Assembly (NCBI GenBank): GCA_963845755.1
Contig: CAWJTV010000031.1
Coordinates: 288,001-352,000, forward strand
Direction of reading: 5' to 3'
Length of the DNA stretch: 64,000 bases
Origin: an uncultured Planctomycetota bacterium
GTDB lineage: Bacteria > Planctomycetota > Planctomycetia > Isosphaerales > Isosphaeraceae
Shown: one piece after another, positions 56,092-64,000 of the stretch
Layout of the letters: every line of letters begins with the position of its first letter
Position numbering within the stretch: the first letter of the stretch is position 1
Made by a program: the position numbers and the translations under genes
The notes under the pieces: generated by a model
What the model saw: the letters and a program-made list of their open reading frames with translations, nothing else
The model's database searches: none
What the model was told of the DNA's origin: nothing

Positions 56092-56802
56092 ATGAGCACA
56101 GCCGAACGTACGCGCCCGCCCAAGGCTCTCCCGCCGCTGGCGGCCGGCCAGCACGTCAACCAGCCCACGTTCCATGAGCGCGATGAGGGGATGCCACCGG
56201 AGACCCGGGCCGAGCTCGTCGGTGGAGTTGTGTACATGCCATCGCCAATGCGCCAGGATCATGGAACGACCAGCCGGATCGTCGCCGGTTGGTTGCTGCA
56301 TTATCAATGGAAGACCCCTGGACTCGCCGGTGAGGATGGCGCCACGGTCAAGCTGGATGCCCGGGGCGAGCCGCAACCGGACCATCAACTCCGCATCCGG
56401 GCCGAGTTGCGAGGGCAGACTCGGGTGGACGCGGAAGGCTACGTCGCCGGTGCGCCGGAGTTGATCGCCGAAGTGGCCCGCTCGAGCCGCTATTACGACT
56501 TGAATGAAAAGAAAGCCGACTACGAACGGGCGGGGGTCCGCGAATACCTGGTCATCGAGTTGGACCCGAACCGGATCCACTGGTTCATCCGCCGGGGTAA
56601 GCAATTCCAGCGGTTGCGGCCCCGCCCTGATAGAATCTACCGCTCGAAAGTCTTCCCGGGCTTGTGGCTCGACCCTGAGGCACTCTATGCCGAAGACCTG
56701 GATCGGCTGATCGAGGATCTGGAGCAGGGCCTGGCGACGCCCGAGCACGCGGAGTTCGTAGCGAAACTGGCCCGTGCCCGTCCGAGGAGGAAACGATCAT
56801 GA
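56092..56802 (+). CDS. Uma2 family (DUF820) PD-(D/E)XK endonuclease
   Basis: AELVGGVVYMPSP, PQPD, PELIAEVA, KKADYERAGVREY, VFPGLWL. Confidence 0.93.
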   Translation: MSTAERTRPPKALPPLAAGQHVNQPTFHERDEGMPPETRAELVGGVVYMPSPMRQDHGTTSRIVAGWLLHYQWKTPGLAGEDGATVKLDARGEPQPDHQLRIRAELRGQTRVDAEGYVAGAPELIAEVARSSRYYDLNEKKADYERAGVREYLVIELDPNRIHWFIRRGKQFQRLRPRPDRIYRSKVFPGLWLDPEALYAEDLDRLIEDLEQGLATPEHAEFVAKLARARPRRKRS

Positions 56803-57512
56803 GCACCGCCGAACGGACCCGCCCGCCCAAGACCCTCCCCCCGCTGGTCGCCGGCGATCGACTCGATCAGGCCACTTTCCACGAACGCTACGAGGCGATG
56901 CCGCCGGAGACCCGGGCCGAACTCGTCGGAGGAATCGTTTATATGCCATCGCCGATGCGAGGGGACCATGGGATCAAGAGTCGTTTCGTCTCCGGGTGGT
57001 TGTTTCGATATGAATGTGACACTCCGGGAATCGAGGGTGCGGATGCCGCTACGGTGAAGCTCGATCGCAGTGGAGAACCGCAACCGGATCACTTCCTCCT
57101 GATCCCACCCCATCTCGGAGGCGAAAGCGGCTTAGACTCGGAGGGTTACTATACAGGGCCCCCCGACCTGATCGTCGAAGTCGCCCGCGCGAGTCGTCAT
57201 TATGACTTGAACGACAAGAAGGCTGACTACCAGCGCACGGGGGTTCGCGAATACCTGGTCATCGAGCTCGATCCCAACCGGATCCACTGGTTCATCCGCC
57301 GCGGTCGCCGCTTCCAGAAGTCGCCGCCCAGCCCCGATGGGATCTACCGCTCGGAAATCTTCCCCGGCTTATGGCTCGATGGCGATGCCCTTTTCGCGGA
57401 GGATCGGCGCCGGTTGATCCGGGTCCTGAAACGAGGTCTGCGGTCCCCGGAGCATGCGGAATTCGTGGCGAGGCTGGCCGAGGCCCGCCGGCGCACCGGC
57501 GACGCGAAGTAA
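56799..57512 (+). CDS. Uma2 family endonuclease, tandem paralog
   Basis: Same motifs (PQPD, PDLIVEVA, KKADY..GVREY); ATGA overlap. Confidence 0.93.
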   Translation: MSTAERTRPPKTLPPLVAGDRLDQATFHERYEAMPPETRAELVGGIVYMPSPMRGDHGIKSRFVSGWLFRYECDTPGIEGADAATVKLDRSGEPQPDHFLLIPPHLGGESGLDSEGYYTGPPDLIVEVARASRHYDLNDKKADYQRTGVREYLVIELDPNRIHWFIRRGRRFQKSPPSPDGIYRSEIFPGLWLDGDALFAEDRRRLIRVLKRGLRSPEHAEFVARLAEARRRTGDAK

Positions 57513-57557
57513 CGGGTCTTCGCATCCATTCGAGCCTTGCGTCTGCCGCAGTCGAAC

Positions 57558-58160
57558 TCAGCTCGCCTCATTCTTCAAGATCCGCACCTCTTCCTGAAGC
57601 ATCTTCTGCACGCGGTGCTTGGCCACGAAGACGTTGGCCACGGGGATGCCGAGCCGGCTCGCGGCGTCGACGCCCGAGAGACCCTCCAGCGCGGTCATGC
57701 GGAAGGCGTCCCAGGTGGCGTCCTTGACGCGGTTCTTGATGCGATGCATGGCGACCTCGAGTAGCTCGCGGTCGAAGGCGTCTTCGAGCTGCCGTTCCAG
57801 GTCCGATCGGGCCTCGGCCGAATCGGCGATCGTCTCGATCCGATCGGAGTTCCGGCCGGGGTCCTTGCGTCGAGCGGCGATGAAATCGCTCCAGGCGTGC
57901 TGGGTCACGGTCTTGAGCCACGCGCGGAAGCTGCGCGACGGATCGTACCGGAACTTCCCCAGTGCGGCGAACAGCTTGACCAGGACCTCCTGGGCGACAT
58001 CGTCGGCGTCGGAGTCTTGCAAGCCCCAGCTCAGGCACCAGGTTCGAATGCGGGGCTGATACCGCTCGACGAACAGATTCCATGCATGAGGATCGCCGGG
58101 ATCCTTCTGGAGCCGCTCGAGCAAGGTCAACGAGGTATCATCATCGCGATCGCGCGGCAT
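57558..58160 (-). CDS. ECF sigma-70 factor, planctomycete-type
   Basis: TSLTLLERL, AW..FVERY, DADDVAQEV, SFRAWL, VFVAKHRV. Confidence 0.92.
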   Translation of the reverse strand: MPRDRDDDTSLTLLERLQKDPGDPHAWNLFVERYQPRIRTWCLSWGLQDSDADDVAQEVLVKLFAALGKFRYDPSRSFRAWLKTVTQHAWSDFIAARRKDPGRNSDRIETIADSAEARSDLERQLEDAFDRELLEVAMHRIKNRVKDATWDAFRMTALEGLSGVDAASRLGIPVANVFVAKHRVQKMLQEEVRILKNEAS

Positions 58161-58477
58161 CGGCGCACCCTCGCATCAGGTGCGGCGCGCAGGCCATGGG
58201 ATTCCGGCGACGCCTCCATCGTGCGCTGGACCGGACTCAGTCAAGGCGGGACTGCATCTCGCCGCTCGCCGTTACTCTATCACGTCGCGGCGACGGCGAA
58301 TAGGATTCCCCACTCTGCCTGACCATCCGGGTCGGGAGGAGTGAGACCATCGGTGAAAATGAATCCATTTCGTCGCGAACGCGGCGACGATCCAGGAGGC
58401 CGAAACCCGTCCCGGCCGATTCTTCCCAGGCTCCGGTACCAACGGAGAGTGCGCGGCGACTCCGCTGCGCCCGATTC

Positions 58478-58586
58478 GTCCCCCCCTTGCGAAGGGAGGG
58501 TTCGGGGGGGTTATCCTGGTGCGATCGCCCGGCCGATGCGGGACCCTCTGTCTCGAGCGCCTCGGCCCCCACTTCGCAGGGGGGAG
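58478..58586. repeat. CCCCCCTT..AAGGG-type REP-like palindrome pair
   Basis: TCCCCCCCTTGCGAAGGGAGGG ... CCCCACTTCGCAGGGGGGAGAC. Confidence 0.55.
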
Positions 58587-61500
58587 ACAAATCCCGCACG
58601 AACCAAACCGGAAGTCCGTGTGTCCTCGCCCCACTGGGATTCGATGGCCGTGTCGAGGGCCTCGGTCTGTACCGCAGGGTTCGGCCCTGATTCGCCCGCG
58701 CCCTCGCCCATGTGCGAAGCGGGTGCCAACCGCCAGCCGGTCGGCGACCCTTGTGCGGGCAAGCTCGACGACGGCGATGAGCCATCACGATCGCTCGCAT
58801 CGCGGTTCCCCGGAACCCCGGACGCATTCTGCCGCCGAAACTCTTCCAGCGCCTCGTCCAGGCCGAGAATGAGACGCTCCCACGGTGAGAGGACCGCGGG
58901 GACCGCGCCGGCTGCCGATTCGTCGGATTGCACCGGCTCATCGCCGGCCCCGCCGCCGCCGCGACCGGACGACAACAGCGGTTGCCCCACCGAGGTCCCC
59001 GTCCCCGACACGAACGCACCCACGGCCAGCGCCTCCGACTCCGCCGGGCCGAACTCCAGCTCCTCGCTCGAGACGTTGATCGTCAGCGTCAGCACCGTCG
59101 CCACCAGCGGCAACGCATTGTCGTTCAACGCCACCAGTTGCACCGAGGTCGGCGAGGGCGACGGACTGGCCGGCCCCGGCGCTGGCACGAGTTCGACGCT
59201 CAGGCTCAGCGCCACCAGCTCGGCCGACTCCCGGCCCGACGTCGCCGCGTAGAATTGAACCTGACCGCTCGTCAACGCCGAGAACGCCAACGCCGTCGGA
59301 TCCGGCACGTTCGGCTCATTCTCCACCGACATCAGGCCCAGGCCATCCGCCCCGCCCTCGTACAACGCCAGCGATCCATCGCCCTCGTTACCGACGACCA
59401 GGTCCTCGAACCCGTCCCCCGAGCTGAACGCAAAGGCGGCATCCGGGTCCACCCCGCCGGAGGCGATCGTGCTCGTCACCGGGTCTGTCCCCTCGAAGCC
59501 CGAGATCAGCGTCAGGTCGTTCGAGCCGGCGTTGACCGTGACCAGGTCGGCCTGGCCGTTGAAGTTGCCGACGAACGTCGGGCCGGGATCGCTGCCGACG
59601 GAGTAAACCGAGGCGTCCTGGTCGTCGAAGAACCCCTGGCCCGCACCCGGCAGCAGCACGACATTGTTGGTGACGCTGTTGGTGACCAGGAGGTCGAGGT
59701 TGGGGTCGCTCGAGAAGTGGCCGACCAGTGTGGAGACCGGCCCAACCCCGCCCGAACTCAGCCGCGGACCCGCCTCGAACGAGATCGCTCCGCCCTTGTG
59801 CGAGGTGTTCAGCAGGATCGAGACCTGGTTGGAGCCCTTGTCGGCGATCACCAGGTCGGGCAGAAGGCCCGTGAGGTTGGCCACCGTGATGCCCACCGGG
59901 TTGGTGCCGACGAAGTAACCATTGCCGTCATTGATCGCCGGACCGAACTGGCCGTTGCCCAGCCCGGGGTAGATCAACACGTTGTTGCTGCCACTGTTGG
60001 CGACGATCAGGTCGGGGATGTTGTCACCGTTCAAGTCGGCCAGCGCCACGGCGCCGGGCTCGAGCAACCCGGTGGACTGATCGGCCAGCACGTCCGAATT
60101 GCTCGGCTCCGTAATCGACGACCACGCGATCGAGCCCCTGGTCGGCGTAGATGATATCCTTGGAGCCATTCCCGGTGAGGTCGGCGACGGCCAGCTCGAC
60201 GGCCTGGTTGGCTTCGTGGTAGGGCGCGAAGGTACCGTTGCCATTGCCGAGCAGGACCAGGACATCGCCGTAGGCGTCGCCGACCAGCAGATCGAGCTTG
60301 CCATTGCCCAGTCAGATCGGCAACGCGTCAACCCGTCGGCTTCGCTGGGCACTGCGTAGGTCGTCGGGGGCAGGAAGCCTCCCTCGCCGTTGGCCAGGTA
60401 GATGCTCACTCCATCGGCGGTCAGCACGGCCAGGTCGTCGAGGCCATTGCCAGTGAAGTCGCCCATGCGGACGATCTGGGCCGGGCTTGGGGTATCGATG
60501 GTCACGGGATTGGCGAAGGACCATCCTCCGCCCAGGTTCGTCGAGTACGTCGAGCGTGTTCGAGCCGGGGTTGATCGTCACCAGGTCGGTCGGACCACCG
60601 GCCGTGAGCGGCCCGGCCGCCACGCCGGCTGTCACCTCCAGGCTGGTCACCTCGGGCGTGCTGCCCGGGATCGATCGCGGAAATCCGGTCCCGGCGCGAT
60701 ACGGGACCAGGGCCGCGAATCGGTCGTCGCCGTCGTTGTACAGGACGCTCACCTGGGCGGTCAGCTTGTTGGTGACCACCAGGTCGAGGTGACCGTCTGC
60801 GTTCGTTTCGATCGCCTGGACGTCGGAGACTCCCAGATCCCACCGGGATCGTCATCGGCGGCAAGAAGGGTTGGTCGAAACCACGCCAGGAAGCTGCCGA
60901 GCTCGGTTGTTGAAGAAGACCGACAGGGTGCCATCGCCGGCATCGCGGACGACCAGGTCGTCCCAGCCGCTGCCATTGAGATCGGCCGCGATGATCTGGG
61001 CCGGAAGTTGGCCGGCCACGAGAGACCCGATCCGGACGAAGCTGCCGTCACGGAAGGCAAAGAGCGAGATCGCATCGTCATGGGCATCGACGCTGGCCAG
61101 CAGCGGCCCGTCCAGGGTGTTGCGCACCCAGACGATGTCGCGCGAGGGGTATTCCACGACTCCGGTTGAGGGATCGACCGGGTGGACCGTGACGGGCGGC
61201 TCGAAGTTGCCGGGCTGGCCGGGGATGCCCTGGCGGTAGAGGATATCACCCTTGCCATCAACGACCAGGACATCGTCGGTGCCGTCGCCATTGACGTCGG
61301 CCACCAGCGGCGTGGCGAAAGGGGTCGTCGCGAACTGGCCGGCGTCGGCAAGCGCGCCTTCGCTGTTGCTCAGGAGCACGGAGATGTCGTTGGAGAAGTA
61401 GTTGGGATCGGCTAGATCGGATCGGCCGTCGCCATTGAAATCGCCCACCACCATGGCGAGAATATCAAATGCCGATGCGTACGTAACCGCGGGCTGGAAC

Positions 61501-63998
61501 GTGCCGTCGCCGTTGCCCAGAAGCACCGAGACCTCGCCCGCGGGGAAATTGGAGTCTGCCACGGCCAGGTCGAGGTGGCCATCGCCCGCGAAGTCGCCCA
61601 CCACGATTGCGGTTGGTTCGCCACCGAGCGGGTAAGTAATCTGGGGCTGGAACGTGCCGTCGCCATTGTTGAGCAGAATCGACACGCTACCCGGTGCGAA
61701 GTAGGTCGAGTTGGCGACGGCCAGATCGCTGCGACCGTCACCGGTGAAGTCCCCCGCTACGATGGCTATGGGATTCTCTCCAACCGGGTAGGTGACCTGA
61801 GGCTGGAACGTCCCATCGCCGTTGCCCAGGAGTACCGATACCGTATTGTCGACGTAGTTCGCAACGGCCAGGCCGATGTGGCCGCCGCCCGTGAAATCGC
61901 CCGCCGTGATCGCAAATGACTCGAACCCGACGGCGTAGGTCACCTGAGGCTGGAAGGTGCCGTCGGCATTACCTAGCAGTACGGAGACCGTGCCATCAAA
62001 TGGATTGGTAACGGCCAGGTCGAGGGGGCCGTCACCCGTAAAGTGACCAGCCACGATGGACCAGGGCCCGAATCCATCCTTGTAATCTTGGGCGGGTTGG
62101 AACGTCCCGTCGCCATTACCCAGCAATACCGACACCGAGCCGGAGTTGCTGTTGGCGACGGCGAGGTCGAGACGTCCGTCCCCGTTGAAGTCGCCCGCCA
62201 CGATGCCTTCCGGCGTTTGCCCCACCGCGTACTGGACCGCAGGTTGGAACGTGCCATCGCCGTTGCCCAACAGGATGGAGACCTCGTTGGTGTTTTCGTC
62301 CGTGACGGCGAGGTCGAGACGTCCATCCCCATTGAAGTCGCCCGCCGCGATGGAGTTTGGACTCGACACCGGGTTCTCCGCCTGGGTCTGGAAGGTGCCA
62401 TCGCCGTCACCTGGCAAGATCGACACCGTACTGGAGACCTGGTCCGCGAGGGCGAGGTCGAGACGTCCGTCGCCCGTGAAGTCGCCCGCCACGAGGGAGT
62501 CGATCCCCTCCTCGAACGCGCAATTCCGGGCGGGTTGGAACGTCCCGTCGCCGTTGCCTCGCAACAACGACACAGTGGCGTTGTCCGCAAGGGATTCACT
62601 GTTCGTGGCAACGGCGAGGTCGAGATGGCCGTCGCCGGTGAAGTCACTCGCCACGATCACCGTCGGGAAGAACCCCACCGCGTACTGGACCCCGGGTTGG
62701 AACGTGCCGTCGCCGTTGCCCAGCAGCACGGAGACTTGACCTTGAGGGGAGTTTTCGTCGATCCAGTCGATCACGGCGAGGTCGAGACGTCCGTTGCCCG
62801 TGAAATCGCCCGCCACGAGGGAGCTGGCTTCCGCCCCGGCCCCATAATGGACCGCGGGCTGGAACGACCCGTCGCTGTTACCCAGGAGCACGCTCACGCC
62901 GCCCGGATCGGTCCCCGACCCACCAAACGACTCGTCGCCATGATCGGCGACGGCGAGGTCGAGCCGGCCATCTCCGTTGAAATCCCCCGCCACGATCGCA
63001 TCAGGTTCGGTTCCGGCCGCGTCATCAACGGCGGGCTGAAACGTCCCGTCGCCGTTGCCCAACAGTATGGAGATATCGTTAGATCCGGAGTTCGCTACAG
63101 CCATATCGAGGTGGCCATCATCGTTGATGTCGCCCGCCACGATCCCTTCGGGACTCGTCCCAACCGGATAATCGACGGCGGGCTGAAACGTCCCATCACC
63201 GAGACCGAGCAGGACCGAAACGGTGCCCGAGCTTTCATTGGCGACAGCCAGGTCGAGCCGACCGTCTCCGGTGAAATCGCCGGTCGTGATCGCGGAAGGA
63301 TCGTTTCCGACTGCGTAATCGACTGCGGGCTGAAACGTCCCGTCGCCATTCCCGATCAGGATGGAGACGGTGTTGGAGCCTGCGTTGGCGACGGCCAGGT
63401 CGAGCTTACCGTCATCATTGAAGTCTCCTGACACCATCGCATCGGGGTCGGTCCCGACCGGTACGGGCTGAAAAGGGGTCGTCGATGGCATGAACATGGT
63501 CGTCAGCGTGAATGACCCGTTGCCGGCCGTGTCCCGGACCTGGAGCGAGTACGTACCGGGTCCGATGTCCGCATCGATCGCGTCGATGGACTCCGCCGAC
63601 GATAAGCCGTCGCTCTGCATGATAATGCGACCCTGGGAGTCGGAGAGCGACATCGAGGTTGAGGTGCCCACCGCCTGGGCGGTCGCCACCAGGTCCGCGC
63701 CCGTAGCCAGAACGATTTGATAGGTGACGACGCTCTGCTGGGCCAGAGAGAGCGGGACCGCTTCGACTGTCAGCATGGCCGAGGACGTGCCGGTCGAGAA
63801 ACTGGAGCCGCCCAAGGTCACGCCCCTGACCGTGACATCCGAGTCCACGGAGAGCGGGTCGTCCCCGGCTCCCTGGCCAACAATCGTGATCAACGGAGCG
63901 CCGGCGTAGCCTGGCTGCGTCGTACCGTCGATGATGAGCGGATCCGTAATCGCCGGCAGGGGCGAAGCCGCCACGATCGTCTGAACTCCGGTACCCAA
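58511..63998 (-). CDS. Large extracellular FG-GAP/VCBS repeat protein; 5'-partial; several frameshifts between 60100 and 60900
   Basis: Many GDF(N/T)GDG.LDLAV.N..VSVLLGNGDGTFQP repeats; LPAITDPLIIDGTTQPG at the window edge. Confidence 0.92.
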
Positions 63999-64000
63999 AA

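Overview
A GC-rich bacterial window with Planctomycetota hallmarks (DUF1549/DUF1553 cytochrome c protein, DUF1501, ECF sigma next to a Ser/Thr kinase, Uma2 paralogs); this lineage call is inferred from gene content only. Many genes, including clpX, are broken by 1-2 nt indels, so the assembly probably carries long-read errors; I reconstructed genes across these breaks by eye. Contents in order: (1) 1-12.2 kb, the 3' part of a PUFA/heterocyst-glycolipid-like type I PKS operon: KR-ending PKS, KS*-AT-DH-PPTase* with degenerate KS and PPTase motifs, ACP, hydrolase, SDR, two Zn-ribbon methyltransferases, ABC exporter. (2) A histidine kinase / response regulator / GGDEF-EAL module bracketed by a 168-bp duplication of the ABC ATPase 3' end. 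(3) Four copies of a ~155-200 bp composite element (hairpin + inverted heptamer arrays + conserved tail), plus several REP-like palindromes. (4) A DUF4157 protein whose C-terminus matches the barnase/RNase Sa motif pattern, with no adjacent immunity gene. (5) A P450 with an in-frame amber stop, planctomycete-type genes, tilS, ECF sigma + kinase-WD40-TPR, M48 protease, clpX, two Uma2 nucleases, a second ECF and a large FG-GAP repeat protein running off the right edge. No tRNA, rRNA, CRISPR array, transposase or integrase was recognised. Best candidates for undescribed biology: the DUF4157-RNase effector, the PKS cluster and the composite repeat element.
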